From Acidobacteriota bacterium (GTDB lineage: Bacteria > Acidobacteriota > UBA6911), in NCBI GenBank assembly GCA_963664705.1, contig OY761556.1, positions 3,616,001 to 3,680,000 on the forward strand: a stretch of DNA of 64,000 bases, written 5' to 3'. The notes below the pieces were generated by a model. The model was not told the origin of the DNA. It searched no databases and was given only the letters and a program-made list of their open reading frames with translations. The translations under genes were made by a program, and so were the position numbers. Below, in pieces: positions 29,210 to 39,880 of this stretch (position 1 is its first letter; each line of letters begins with the position of its first letter).

Positions 29210-30297
29210 AATTCATCGACGAATATCGCGATGCGAAGGCAGTGCAAAGTTATGCGCAGGCTCTGAAGCGCATCACTACAAAGCCCTGGACCATTATGGA
29301 AGTCTGCGGAGGGCAGACGCACTCCATTGTGAAGTTCGGCATCGATGAACTCCTTCCGTCCGATGTCACGCTCGTTCACGGCCCCGGCTGCCCGGTCTGT
29401 GTCACACCGGTGGAGTTGATCGAAAAGGCGATCGAGATCGCCTCCATGCCGGGCGTCCTGTTCTGCTCTTTTGGCGACATGCTTCGCGTACCGGGAATCT
29501 CCAAGGACCTGCTGACGGTCAAAGCCGCAGGCGGGGATGTGCGTATTGTCTATTCGCCGCTCGATGCGCTGAAGCTTGCCATCGACAACCCGAAGCGTGA
29601 GGTCGTCTTCTTTGCGGTTGGATTCGAAACTACGGCGCCGGCAAATGCCATGTCGGTTTTCCAGGCCAAGCAGCAGGGCATTAAAAATTTTACTCTCCTG
29701 GTTTCCCACGTCCTGGTTCCTCCGGCCATGGAGGCGGTTCTTTCTTCACCGGAAAATCGAGTCCAGGGGTTTCTGGCGGCAGGCCATGTATGCGCGGTCA
29801 TGGGCTACACGGAATATGAACCGATCGCGCAGAAGTATAAGGTTCCCATTGTTGTGACCGGGTTCGAACCGCTCGACATCATTCAGGGAATCTATATGTG
29901 CATTCACCAGCTCGAGGAAGGGCTTGCCGCCGTCGAAAACCAGTACTCCAGGTCCGTGCGAAGAGAGGGGAATCTTCCGGCACAGAAGCTGATCCGCGAG
30001 ATTTTCCATGTCGTGCCCCGAAAGTGGCGTGGGGTCGGAGAGATCCCCCAGAGCGGTTTGGGCCTCCGGGATGAATATTCAGAATTTGACGCAGAGCTGC
30101 GTTTCGGAGTGGCTCAACACACCGCCGATGAGCCGGCCGAATGCATGAGCGGGCTGGTCCTTCAAGGAATCAAGAAGCCGCACGAGTGCCCCGCTTTCGG
30201 CGCGCGCTGCACTCCGGAGCATCCATTAGGCGCCACCATGGTCTCCTCTGAGGGAGCCTGCGCGGCCTATTATCAATACCGACGAAGAACTCACTGA
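29206..30297 (+). CDS. hypD: Hydrogenase formation protein HypD
   Basis: [38 protein letters not shown]. Confidence 0.96.
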   Translation: MKFIDEYRDAKAVQSYAQALKRITTKPWTIMEVCGGQTHSIVKFGIDELLPSDVTLVHGPGCPVCVTPVELIEKAIEIASMPGVLFCSFGDMLRVPGISKDLLTVKAAGGDVRIVYSPLDALKLAIDNPKREVVFFAVGFETTAPANAMSVFQAKQQGIKNFTLLVSHVLVPPAMEAVLSSPENRVQGFLAAGHVCAVMGYTEYEPIAQKYKVPIVVTGFEPLDIIQGIYMCIHQLEEGLAAVENQYSRSVRREGNLPAQKLIREIFHVVPRKWRGVGEIPQSGLGLRDEYSEFDAELRFGVAQHTADEPAECMSGLVLQGIKKPHECPAFGARCTPEHPLGATMVSSEGACAAYYQYRRRTH

Positions 30298-30309
30298 ACG
30301 GACCTTGCC

Positions 30310-31368
30310 ATGGATTCTGTTATAAAGCCGGGCGGATTTGTTTGCCCTATCCCGATTGAACAATATCCGAATGTACTGCTCGCGCATGGCGGCGGGGGCC
30401 GGCTGACCCAGCAACTCATCGAGAAGATGTTTATGCCGGCATTTGGGAACTCCCTGCTGGGATCGCGGCATGACGGCGCGGTCTTCCAGCTGCCGGGACA
30501 ACAGCTCGCCTTTACAACCGACTCTTATGTCGTCCATCCGCTCTTTTTCCCCGGCGGAGACATCGGGACGCTTGCCATCAACGGGACCGTCAACGATCTC
30601 GCCATGTGCGGCGCACGCCCTCTCTATCTGAGCGCCGGCTTTATTATTGAAGAGGGCCTTCCCATGGATACCCTGTGGAGGGTTGTGCAATCGATGGCCA
30701 GCGCCGCCCGCGAAGCGGGCGTGCAACTGGTCACCGGGGACACGAAGGTGGTAGACCGGGGCAAAGGGGATGGAGTCTTTATCAATACCGCCGGCATCGG
30801 TGTTGTCGAATCCAGGCAGCCGATTTCGCCCATAAGCGTGAAGCCCGGAGATGCCATCCTCCTGAGCGGCGATATTGGCAGGCATGGTATTGCCATCATG
30901 GCCGTCCGCGAAGGGCTGGAGTTTGAAAGCACAATCCTGAGCGATTGTGCCCCCCTGGCCGGCATTGTGTCCGCTCTGTTCTCCGGAGGAATTGAAGTCC
31001 ACTGCCTGCGGGATCTGACTCGCGGCGGACTTGCCAGCGCTCTCGTCGAAATAGCAGAAGCCGCTCATCTGCACATTGAAATTGAAGAAGCCGCCATTCC
31101 GCTCCTCGAGGATGTAAAAGGAGCCTGCGAAATTCTTGGCTTTGATCCTCTCTATGTTGCGAATGAAGGACGTTTCATCAGTTTCGCACCCGCGAACCAG
31201 GCCGAACACGCGCTGCAGCTTTTGCGAAGTCATCCTCTGGGGGCGCAGGCCTGCATCATCGGGACCGTGATGCATGACAACCCTGGACTCGTAACGATGC
31301 GAAGCCGCATTGGCGCCACCCGCGTCGTGGATACCCTCAGCGGAGAACAACTCCCCAGAATCTGCTGA
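30310..31368 (+). CDS. hypE: Carbamoyl dehydratase HypE
   Basis: [23 protein letters not shown]-terminal PRIC. Confidence 0.96.
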   Translation: MDSVIKPGGFVCPIPIEQYPNVLLAHGGGGRLTQQLIEKMFMPAFGNSLLGSRHDGAVFQLPGQQLAFTTDSYVVHPLFFPGGDIGTLAINGTVNDLAMCGARPLYLSAGFIIEEGLPMDTLWRVVQSMASAAREAGVQLVTGDTKVVDRGKGDGVFINTAGIGVVESRQPISPISVKPGDAILLSGDIGRHGIAIMAVREGLEFESTILSDCAPLAGIVSALFSGGIEVHCLRDLTRGGLASALVEIAEAAHLHIEIEEAAIPLLEDVKGACEILGFDPLYVANEGRFISFAPANQAEHALQLLRSHPLGAQACIIGTVMHDNPGLVTMRSRIGATRVVDTLSGEQLPRIC

Positions 31369-31543
31369 CAGTCGTTCCCGAAGAGGGCAGAAAAGCGGCC
31401 ACGAATTTCCACAAATTGCACGGAGAGCCTCCGAGTTTCCTAGAGCGAGGCGCATCGGCGCTCTGCTTTGAGATTAAACAATTTCGTAATTCGCAATTTG
31501 GGCAAAATGAGGTAGGCTGAAAATATTCCAAAGGAGCAGCACA

Positions 31544-32875
31544 GTGGCATTAGCGCAGCGGTTCCAGGAAATCCGAAAGGGCTTTCAGTCGACCTTCTGG
31601 GTGGCCAATATCACAGAGCTTTTCGAGCGCCTGTCCTATTACGGGGTAAATGCAGTTCTTGCCATCTACCTGAACGAAACGCTCAAGTTCTCCCAACAAC
31701 AAACCGGTGAGATGATCGGCTTTTTCGGCGGAGTCGTCTGGTTCCTGCCGATCATCGGAGGGACTCTTGCCGACCGGCTCGGATTTCGACGCTCGTTGGC
31801 CGGCGCCTACCTTGTCCTGGCGCTCGGTTACTTTTTGCTTGGCTCTCTGTCCGCCTCATGGATGGAGCCTCTGAAGCAAGCCCTGCCGCTCGCGGTAGTC
31901 GTGCAACTGATACTCTGCGTGCCGGCCCTCGGCCCCGCCATCGTAAAGCCGTGCGTTGTCGGCACCACGGCGCGGGCCTCCAGCGAAAATGTCCGCTCGC
32001 TCGGATATTCGATCTACTACACGCTGGTGAACATAGGCGGCACTCTGGGCCCGATTGTAGCCTTTGCCGTCCGGCGCACCATCGGCATTGAAAATGTTTT
32101 TCGCGTTTCAGCTGTCAGCGTTCTCCTGATGTTTTTCGCCACTCTCTTTTTTTATAAAGAGCCGGACCGCCTTGTGGAAAAGCAGGTTGCAAGCCTTGCC
32201 CAGGCTTTTCGAAACATGTTTGTGGTCCTGGGGAATATCCGGTTCATGACGTTTCTCCTGATCTTCTCCGGCTTCTGGGTAATGTTCTGGCAGGAGTTTA
32301 TCGCGCTTCCGCTTTTCATCCGGGGATATGTGAACGCCAACGCCGATGTCGATCTGCTGACCACGGTGGATCCGCTCGCGGTTATTCTCTTCCAGATTCT
32401 GATCAGCTATCTGACGCGCAAAGCCAGGCCCTTCGCGGCTATGACCGCCGGGATCCTCATCACCAGCCTGTCCTGGCTGATCCTGGCCGTCTGCGATTTG
32501 CGCTGGCAGATCCAGACCACGCTGCATATTGGCTCCTGGACCGTGCCGATCCAAGGGCTGCCGGTGTATGCCACCGTCGCCCTGGTTATACTGGCGATCG
32601 GAGAAATGGTTCAGTCCCCGCGTTATTATGAGTATGTGTCGCGGCTGGCCCCGCCCGGCCAGCAAGGCACATTCATGGGATTTTCCTTTCTGCCGATTGC
32701 CATCGGGTTCGTGGTTGCAGGCCAGATCGGCGGACGGCTTGTGAATTATTTCGGCGATGTGCTGCACCGTCCACATCAACTCTGGTTCGTGATTGCGGGA
32801 GTAGGGGTCCTGACCACGCTTCTGATGTGGATCTACGATAAGGTGGTTAAGCCTTCTGAGCCCGAAAAACCATAG
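31544..32875 (+). CDS. MFS transporter, POT/PTR peptide-proton symporter-like
   Basis: ELFERLSYYG (ExxERxxYY), GG.LADR.G.R, GEM..SP. Confidence 0.87.
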   Translation: MALAQRFQEIRKGFQSTFWVANITELFERLSYYGVNAVLAIYLNETLKFSQQQTGEMIGFFGGVVWFLPIIGGTLADRLGFRRSLAGAYLVLALGYFLLGSLSASWMEPLKQALPLAVVVQLILCVPALGPAIVKPCVVGTTARASSENVRSLGYSIYYTLVNIGGTLGPIVAFAVRRTIGIENVFRVSAVSVLLMFFATLFFYKEPDRLVEKQVASLAQAFRNMFVVLGNIRFMTFLLIFSGFWVMFWQEFIALPLFIRGYVNANADVDLLTTVDPLAVILFQILISYLTRKARPFAAMTAGILITSLSWLILAVCDLRWQIQTTLHIGSWTVPIQGLPVYATVALVILAIGEMVQSPRYYEYVSRLAPPGQQGTFMGFSFLPIAIGFVVAGQIGGRLVNYFGDVLHRPHQLWFVIAGVGVLTTLLMWIYDKVVKPSEPEKP

Positions 32876-32917
32876 AGACAAGATGCCGGATTCCGTATCC
32901 TATCCTCTGCATCCTGC

Positions 32918-33649
32918 ATGGAGGCGTTGATGTTATTTCGAATTGAAGAATCCGTATTTCAGATGTTTCCGCAGTTCTGCCGTGGAATCGTAACAGCCGC
33001 AGGCATTGATAACAGCCGCCCTTCCGCCGAACTGGAGAATCTGTTGCGGCAGGAGGCGGAAAGGATGCTGCAGGATCCCGCGATGGATCTGGCGACACAT
33101 CCCCGCCTGCAGGTATGGAGGGATGCCTACCGGCAGTTCGGGTCGAATCCGAACAAGTTCACTCCTTCCATCGTGTTTCTCGCCAAGCAGGTCAAGGCAG
33201 GAAAACCGGTGCGGTCCATATCTCCCGCAGTCGATATTTTCAATATTATCAGCCTTCGCCACATCATCCCCTGCGGGGGAGATGACATGAACAGCGTGGA
33301 TGGAGATGTGACCCTGGGACGGGCCGCCGGGGACGAGACCTTCGCCGCCATCTTCAAACCCGAAGAGATTGAGCGCCCGGACCCTGGCGAGGTTATTTAT
33401 GTAAATCGCAAGACGGGCAGAATCCTGTGCAGACGCTGGAATTGGAGAAATGGAGATTTCTCCAAGCTCGCTCCGGAAACACGGAATCTTGGAATCAATG
33501 TCGATGGAATGCTGTCCTCTATCGGTCGCGATGAACTGGAGCAGGCGGCGGAAGAGTTGAAGGAATTGCTGCTTCGTTACTGTGGCGGGAGCATTGCCAT
33601 TCACTATCTCGATGCGGAGCATCGGGAGATTGAGCTTCCCTTTCAGTAA
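32918..33649 (+). CDS. B3/4 domain protein (PheRS beta-related, stand-alone)
   Basis: WRDAY..FG.....PS, I.P.VD..N..SL, GG.D, GEVIY, CRRWNWR. Confidence 0.85.
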   Translation: MEALMLFRIEESVFQMFPQFCRGIVTAAGIDNSRPSAELENLLRQEAERMLQDPAMDLATHPRLQVWRDAYRQFGSNPNKFTPSIVFLAKQVKAGKPVRSISPAVDIFNIISLRHIIPCGGDDMNSVDGDVTLGRAAGDETFAAIFKPEEIERPDPGEVIYVNRKTGRILCRRWNWRNGDFSKLAPETRNLGINVDGMLSSIGRDELEQAAEELKELLLRYCGGSIAIHYLDAEHREIELPFQ

Positions 33650-33709
33650 ACGGCAAACTGGCAGCTTGTTGAATTGCGGCGTTAGCCGGGACGGCCACGT
33701 TATCGGTCT

Positions 33710-34345
33710 CTACGAGCGGAATTGCGGAAGCGATTTTCCCTGGAACAGACCGATGCCGGCAATCCCCGCGGCACCGGCTTTGAGTACAGAGTCCCTCCGC
33801 TCCGGGGTGATGCCGCCCAGTCCCAGAACTGGCACATTGGAAGCGGCACAGGCATTCCTCAGCCGGCGCAAACCGAGCGGCGCCCCAAAGCCCGCTTTGG
33901 ACTCCGTTGGAAAAATGTGTCCGACCAGCAGGTAGTCCGCACCCTGAGCGCATGCGCTTCGAATTTCAGACAGAGTGTGGACCGAGACCCCGATCAGGAA
34001 ATCATCCGGAACCCATTTGCGGATGTCATCAATCTGAAGGCCTTTTGAAGGAAGATGAACTCCGTGGGCCCCGGCTGCCAGCGCAATATCGGCGCGGCCG
34101 TTTACGAGGACGCGGCATTGCGTCAGGTTTGCATGGGCCAGCGCCCCGCGCGTCAATCCAAAAATCGTGCGGTCATCCAGATCCTTTTCCCGGATTTGAA
34201 CAAAATCGACGCCACACTCTATGGCTCTGTGGATACACGCCATCAGGGACATTCCGGACAGGCGCTTCCGGTCGGTAATGTAGTAGAAAAGCGGACGCCT
34301 AGATGGAAGGGTGCTTTCTTTTCCAGTTGTTCTTGATTTGTACAA
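33710..34345 (-). CDS. thiE: Thiamine phosphate synthase family protein (ThiE/TenI)
   Basis: YYITDR, VQIREKDL, VN.R.DIA, GVHL, GVSVH, IFPT.SK, LGGI; start codon uncertain. Confidence 0.78.
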   Translation of the reverse strand: MYKSRTTGKESTLPSRRPLFYYITDRKRLSGMSLMACIHRAIECGVDFVQIREKDLDDRTIFGLTRGALAHANLTQCRVLVNGRADIALAAGAHGVHLPSKGLQIDDIRKWVPDDFLIGVSVHTLSEIRSACAQGADYLLVGHIFPTESKAGFGAPLGLRRLRNACAASNVPVLGLGGITPERRDSVLKAGAAGIAGIGLFQGKSLPQFRS

Positions 34346-34634
34346 CCTCGTGAATCCCGATCGCGATATTGGCAATACCCAGCCCCATAACAAAGCCCTT
34401 GAAGAAAGCATTGGAGACCAGCGGCCGGAATTGGGGATACAGGTATAGCAGGTAGTTGTTTTCCCAGGACCTCATCCAGGGCATGAAAAGCAGGAGCATT
34501 CCAAGCTCGAATGAGGCCAGAATATAGATGAAATAAAGGGAGACCCACAGCCACCCGACAATTCGGGCAAGCGTAATACTCCCACCCTTTGGATCCGTCT
34601 CTGCGGGAGGAGTATCTGTAATTCTAGGGTGCAT
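34299..34634 (-). CDS. Small membrane protein
   Basis: ELG.LLL..PW...W..N and F.KGFV.GLG..N hydrophobic segments; overlaps both neighbours. Confidence 0.7.
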   Translation of the reverse strand: MHPRITDTPPAETDPKGGSITLARIVGWLWVSLYFIYILASFELGMLLLFMPWMRSWENNYLLYLYPQFRPLVSNAFFKGFVMGLGIANIAIGIHEVVQIKNNWKRKHPSI

Positions 34635-37356
34635 GCCTTTCAGAACCACTCTTGGGGCCTGTCGATCCGCAGGCCTTCAATTCATCAATCTTCTGCGCTA
34701 CATCGCGATAGCCCGGATCGATCCCGAAAATCTGACGAAAACACTCAAGTGCCCGATCCCGATCACCGGCCATTGAATGCGCGATTCCCATATCATAGCG
34801 GAGCGCCATCGATTCGTGGGAAGAAATATCTACAATTCCTAATCCGGTCTGGCACCATCGAAGGGCTGAACTGGGCATTGCCTTCTTCAGGTAGCAGGTA
34901 CTCAACATGCCGCAACACTGAATGATACGCGATCCTTCCTTCTTCAGATCAGCAATTTTCAAGGCAAACTGAAATTCTTTGATCGCCTCTTCCGTCAGTT
35001 CCATATCGCGGTATGCCGTTCCCAGGCTGAAATGGTCCTCGAACGATTCCCGCAGCACTTCCTGATCGGAGACCGCGCCGAATTCCTCCATCAGATCCGC
35101 AAACATTTCGTTGGCCGGAGTGCTGTCGATCGCCGAAACAGGAGCAGGAACTGGAGCCGGTGTAGCAATAACCTGCGGAGGGACGATCGCGAAACCGGCA
35201 GAAGCCGGCATCGGGGTCGGCGCAGAGGGTCTTTCTTCCGGCATTTCGAATTTATCTGCGCTGAATACATCGAGGTTGTCGAGAGTCTCGGTCAGATCCA
35301 AGTCGTCAAAGACTCCGCTCAAATCCTGAGAAGGCGGTTCGGCATGCTTCCCGAAAAGGGGAGCTTCTTCCGAGACAGTGGATACTGTCATGGGGTTTTC
35401 AGATGGCGCCGGCGCGCCCAACTTTTCGTATCGTGAAATGACCTCAGAATCGGTGGGATGGATTTTGGCTATTTCATTCAACTTGGCGAGAGCTTCTTCA
35501 CTGAATCCGAGGCGGATGTAGAAATCGACTTCCTGCAACTGCTCTTCAAGCGATTTGGCAGCGCTAGCCGAAGACAAATCCTGTGGGTAGGCTTCGGGTA
35601 TTGATCCATGCGCATCCAGGGATTCCTGGTCCGGCTCGCCCTCTTCACCCTCCGCTTTATCGTTTGAGAAAAAGATATCCAGCAGGTCTGACGAAAGATC
35701 AACTTCGGCTTCCCCATGCTGCATCTCGCCCGAAGCAGCGGGAGCCTCCGGCTCAATGCCGCTGCGGCGCGCGAATCCATCCAGATCTTTTTCATATTCC
35801 TGAACGTCAGGAGATAGTTGCTTTGCTTCGGACAGGCAGCTCAACGCCGCCTCTTCATTGCCGGAACGGCGATGCAGAACCGCCAGAAGCAACAACTGCT
35901 CGGCAGCTTCGGTATTTTTATTTTCGAGCTTGAATATGGAAACCAGGCGAACACGGACTTCCCTATCATAGGGGTCGCGCATTTCCAAGCCTTGAAGCAG
36001 ACCCAGCGCCTTTTCCTTCAGGCCGTAATTGAGCAGCAGGTCGGCTTCCACGATTTCGGGCGAAACTTTGGCTTCGGGAGCCGCATGCTCTCGTCGCTCC
36101 ACGGGAGATCCGGGAGCAATGCTGATTTCCGGCGGCTCGGAAGGGGCCACATACGGCGTATCCGGATAGACTTCGGCAAAGATCTCCCGATGAAGTCTAC
36201 GGTGTTTTGCGCTCTCGGGGTCTGCGTGGAGAATCTTTTCCAGGTACTCCAACGCCTCCGCCGGGCTTTTCTTCTCGATATAGTGATCCGCTATGCTGTC
36301 CAGCAGGGCTACATAGCGAATCTGGTCGCCGGTAGCAGAACAGACAGATGCCAGCTTCACCATTGTGAGGATGTGGCCGGGCTCGCGCTGTAGAACATCC
36401 TGATAGAACTGGACCGCACGTTCGGTCTCCCTGCGCGTTATCAGAATGGGGACGATATCATCAAGGGAGGAGGTTGCCCGATCATATTCGCCTTGTTCCA
36501 AATAGGACTTGGCAACGTCGAAGAAATTGCCGTATCTCGAGTCATCCATCGACAGTACTGTCTGGAAGACCTTAACCGCCGATTCAGGATCTTGATTGGC
36601 AAGGTATGCCTGCCCCAGTAGTTCCCGGAAATCCAGGTTGTCCGGAGCCGACTCGACGGCTTGCTTGAGCTGGTTGAGCGCGGGGACAGGCGTGCTTAGC
36701 TTCAGGCAGCAGTCCAGATAGCCTCGCATGGACTCGACATCCTGCGAATTGAGAAGAACCGCATGATGGTAGGAATCCGCGGCACCCTGGATATTACCGG
36801 CTTTCCCCATTGCACGGGCGGCACCGATCCAATGGGAGCGCGATTTTTCACTGGCTCCTTCAGCCAGGTAAAGCTCGGCCAGTTTTCGCTGGATAGCAGC
36901 ATTGGAAGGATCGATCTCAACCACCTGCTCGTAGGCATCCATCTGCTCCCGCGCCCGGCCTTCTTTTTCAAACAGCGCCGCAAGGCGCAGATACTGGTTT
37001 TTCGCATCGATACTCAAACCCTGCTTCGCATAAAGCGATGCCATGGTTGAGTTGATATCCAGATTGTTCGGGTCGGCGTTGAGGATTTTTTTGTAGACGG
37101 CGATTGCTTTGAGGAAGAAGTTGTTCTGAACGTAGTTCTCAGCCACCTGATTGAAGTACCGGTTGGCCTCAGTGCTTTTGCCCTGCCGCAGGTACAGATC
37201 GCCGATGGTATTGAGTATGAGAACGTCGTTGGGATCGAACTTTACAATCTTGAGATATTCGCCGATAGCCTGCGGAACCTTACCGTGGAGCACGTATCTT
37301 TCGGCGTCTTGAAGAAATTTTGCCTTGCTATCAGCGGCCACCATGCCCTCCTGCAA
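34624..37356 (-). CDS. Large cytoplasmic TPR protein with acidic linker and C-terminal TPR module
   Basis: Many TPRs, acidic Pro/Ser-rich region, DHFSLGTAYRDMEL..EAI.EFQ; start may be the ATG of MVAAD. Confidence 0.82.
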   Translation of the reverse strand: MQEGMVAADSKAKFLQDAERYVLHGKVPQAIGEYLKIVKFDPNDVLILNTIGDLYLRQGKSTEANRYFNQVAENYVQNNFFLKAIAVYKKILNADPNNLDINSTMASLYAKQGLSIDAKNQYLRLAALFEKEGRAREQMDAYEQVVEIDPSNAAIQRKLAELYLAEGASEKSRSHWIGAARAMGKAGNIQGAADSYHHAVLLNSQDVESMRGYLDCCLKLSTPVPALNQLKQAVESAPDNLDFRELLGQAYLANQDPESAVKVFQTVLSMDDSRYGNFFDVAKSYLEQGEYDRATSSLDDIVPILITRRETERAVQFYQDVLQREPGHILTMVKLASVCSATGDQIRYVALLDSIADHYIEKKSPAEALEYLEKILHADPESAKHRRLHREIFAEVYPDTPYVAPSEPPEISIAPGSPVERREHAAPEAKVSPEIVEADLLLNYGLKEKALGLLQGLEMRDPYDREVRVRLVSIFKLENKNTEAAEQLLLLAVLHRRSGNEEAALSCLSEAKQLSPDVQEYEKDLDGFARRSGIEPEAPAASGEMQHGEAEVDLSSDLLDIFFSNDKAEGEEGEPDQESLDAHGSIPEAYPQDLSSASAAKSLEEQLQEVDFYIRLGFSEEALAKLNEIAKIHPTDSEVISRYEKLGAPAPSENPMTVSTVSEEAPLFGKHAEPPSQDLSGVFDDLDLTETLDNLDVFSADKFEMPEERPSAPTPMPASAGFAIVPPQVIATPAPVPAPVSAIDSTPANEMFADLMEEFGAVSDQEVLRESFEDHFSLGTAYRDMELTEEAIKEFQFALKIADLKKEGSRIIQCCGMLSTCYLKKAMPSSALRWCQTGLGIVDISSHESMALRYDMGIAHSMAGDRDRALECFRQIFGIDPGYRDVAQKIDELKACGSTGPKSGSERHAP

Positions 37357-37433
37357 TCAAATATGGTGCAAACTATCCGAAGTCCGCCGATAACAAGGCA
37401 AGAATTGCTTGAACGCTCCCAGAGCTGGCGCCT

Positions 37434-37811
37434 TTAGGCTTTGGCTGCTCTTTCGGGTGCGCGCTCGATTCTTCCTACCTCTTTCAACCGGGCAGCTTTG
37501 CCGCGGCGGCCTCGGAGATAATACAGCCGCGCTCGGCGCACTTTTCCGCTCTTCACCACTTCCAACTTTTCAATAATTGGCGAATGCAGAGGGAAAATAC
37601 GCTCGATGCCATATCCAAACGAAACCTTCCGAACTGTGAAGGTTGACGAAATGCCGTTATTCTTCTGAACAATAACGACACCTTCAAAAACCTGGATCCG
37701 GTACTTGTCCCCTTCCTTGATCTTTACGTGAACACGTACCGTGTCTCCTGGACGGAAGCGGGGAAGATCGGTCCGAATTTGGGAATTATCGACTGCCCGT
37801 AGCAAATCCAT
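37434..37811 (-). CDS. rplS: 50S ribosomal protein L19
   Basis: [34 protein letters not shown]. Confidence 0.97.
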   Translation of the reverse strand: MDLLRAVDNSQIRTDLPRFRPGDTVRVHVKIKEGDKYRIQVFEGVVIVQKNNGISSTFTVRKVSFGYGIERIFPLHSPIIEKLEVVKSGKVRRARLYYLRGRRGKAARLKEVGRIERAPERAAKA

Positions 37812-37823
37812 GACAAATACTCC

Positions 37824-38519
37824 TTAATTGTGGGCTGATTCCTTTATCAGCTCCGGACGGGCCCGTTTGGTTTTTTCAAGGGCCTGTTCTTTACGCCACT
37901 TATCAATCTTTGCATGATCTCCCGAGAGAAGGACCTCCGGAACAGCCTGTCCTCTATATTCGGCGGGCCGCGTGTACTGCGGATAATCCAGCAAGCCCGT
38001 TGAAAAACTCTCGTTTACGGCCGATTCCGAGCATCCAAGCGCGCCCGGTATCAACCGTACAACCGAATCGAGGATGACCATTGCCGGAATCTCCCCTCCG
38101 GACAGAACAAAATCCCCGATCGAGATTTCTCTGTCCACGAGATTGTCGATAACCCGCTGGTCCACTCCTTCGTATCGGCCACAAACCAACATTAGATGCG
38201 GAATTGTAGCAAATTCCGCAGCTAATTTTTGATCCCAAGTCTTACCTTGGGGGGTCAGGAGTACTACCTGGCCATTCTGGCCACTCTCCTGCCCCTTACA
38301 GAACTCAATCGCCTCGTATAGCGGCTCGGGCATGAACACCATCCCTTCACCGCCTCCGTAGGGACGATCATCTACGGATCGATGCTTATCTTTGGTGAAA
38401 TCCCGCAGATTGACGATGCGGATATCTACCAGCCCCGACCGGGCGGCGCGTCGAATGATTCCGCATTCCGTAACGCCCGCAAACAGTTCGGGAAAAATCG
38501 TTATAATATCAAACCTCAT
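37824..38519 (-). CDS. trmD: tRNA (guanine37-N1) methyltransferase
   Basis: VDDRPYGGGEGM, CGRYEGVDQR, SIGDFVLSGGE, PQYTRP. Confidence 0.97.
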   Translation of the reverse strand: MRFDIITIFPELFAGVTECGIIRRAARSGLVDIRIVNLRDFTKDKHRSVDDRPYGGGEGMVFMPEPLYEAIEFCKGQESGQNGQVVLLTPQGKTWDQKLAAEFATIPHLMLVCGRYEGVDQRVIDNLVDREISIGDFVLSGGEIPAMVILDSVVRLIPGALGCSESAVNESFSTGLLDYPQYTRPAEYRGQAVPEVLLSGDHAKIDKWRKEQALEKTKRARPELIKESAHN

Positions 38520-39049
38520 TTGCCCAGGTCCAACAATCCTTCGGGTGGATCGATCAGAATTCTTTTTTCCGGAATCGAAATCCGGATGCAAATGCTGTCC
38601 ACGGCCGGGATCATGTATTCTCTATCGGGTCCCTTAACCACCAACAGATTATTTCCGGCAATCCGAAGAACTTCTTTAACCACTCCCAGCTCGTTGCCGC
38701 CGGTATCCCTGACGCCGCATCCGATGAGATCATGGTCAAAATATGTACCTTCAGGGAGTTCCATCGCTTTATCGGATGGAACCTGCACCCAGCAGCCCAC
38801 ATAGGCCTCGGCGGAACTGATATCGTTCACGCCGGTAAATTTCAGCACTATCCGCCCTTTATGCTCCCAGGTATCTTCAATGGCGATACGAAGCCTGTGG
38901 CCGTCTGCGAACTCCAGCCATACCTCTTCGAGCTCATTGAAACGATCGGGAAAATCCGTATACAAGTCGGCCAGGACTTCGCCGCGGTTCCCTCGGGTCC
39001 TGGCGATTCGGGCGATTGCAATATAAGAAGGCGGTGCGTCCGGCTCCAC
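38516..39049 (-). CDS. rimM: Ribosome maturation factor RimM
   Basis: I....G..GE, LPEG.YF..DLIG, PRC barrel, PPEGLLD; GTG start overlapping the khpA stop. Confidence 0.9.
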   Translation of the reverse strand: MEPDAPPSYIAIARIARTRGNRGEVLADLYTDFPDRFNELEEVWLEFADGHRLRIAIEDTWEHKGRIVLKFTGVNDISSAEAYVGCWVQVPSDKAMELPEGTYFDHDLIGCGVRDTGGNELGVVKEVLRIAGNNLLVVKGPDREYMIPAVDSICIRISIPEKRILIDPPEGLLDLGK

Positions 39050-39279
39050 TATTCCAGGATTTCCAGAACAAACCGCTTTTTGAGCTTCATGCCTGCCGCT
39101 CCGAGAAGCGTTCGGATGCATCGGGCGGTTCGACCCTGCTTCCCGATAACCTTGCCAAGGTCGCTGGGCGCCACGCGAAGTTCCAGAACTGTAGTCTGCT
39201 CACCTTCAACTTCGGTAACCACAACCTGCTCGGGGTTATCCACAAGCGCTTTCGCAATCATTTCGACTAGATCTTTCAT
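39049..39279 (-). CDS. khpA: KH-domain RNA-binding protein KhpA (YlqC)
   Basis: [20 protein letters not shown]; position between rpsP and rimM. Confidence 0.93.
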   Translation of the reverse strand: MKDLVEMIAKALVDNPEQVVVTEVEGEQTTVLELRVAPSDLGKVIGKQGRTARCIRTLLGAAGMKLKKRFVLEILE

Positions 39280-39357
39280 CTCCGCCTCTCCTCCGAGACC
39301 ACTCTAAACCACATAGAACTCGGGCGCTATCCGGATTCAGCAATGGGAAAGAAGGTC

Positions 39358-39615
39358 TCAGCTGGCGGCCACGGGCGTAGGGGGAGCGGCCTTTTTCAAC
39401 AGGGAGTGCACTGTCTCTGAAGGTTGTGCGCCGCATGCCAGCCAATGACGAACTCTATCCATGTTGAGATCAACAATAGGAGGATTCGTTTTCGGGTTGT
39501 AATGACCCAGGATTTCAACGAAACTCCCGTCTCGAGTCTGCCTTTGCTCCATCACTACCACTCGATAAAAGGGCTTCTTTTTTGCCCCCATGCGTGTCAA
39601 ACGTATTCTAAGCAA
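39358..39615 (-). CDS. rpsP: 30S ribosomal protein S16
   Basis: IRLTRMGAKKKPFYRVVV, GAQPSETV; TTG start with GAGGAGG RBS. Confidence 0.97.
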   Translation of the reverse strand: MLRIRLTRMGAKKKPFYRVVVMEQRQTRDGSFVEILGHYNPKTNPPIVDLNMDRVRHWLACGAQPSETVHSLLKKAAPPTPVAAS

Positions 39616-39880
39616 AACTCCTCCTCGTAATAAAAGACCTTAAATCTAAACAATTCTTGCATGTAACGCAATCGGATTCAACTGGGGAACACTGTCCGAC
39701 AGGACGATCCGACCGGTCGTAACCGACTAAGTCCAGAGAAATCCTAAGGTTGCATTGTGCGCGAAATCACGAGAAACTTCGACGCTTATCCGCAAAAAAC
39801 TTGATGAAGAACAGCCCTTTGCCCGCTGATTTCCCAAAATTTCACAAAATCCGGGACGTTTCTTCAATCTACATCAATAT

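Noticed and set aside
39666-39755. SRP (4.5S) RNA or tRNA-Sec next to ffh/selB
   Set aside because: No helix-8 CAGG..GNRA..AGCA signature, and no UCA anticodon arm, T-loop or CCA end
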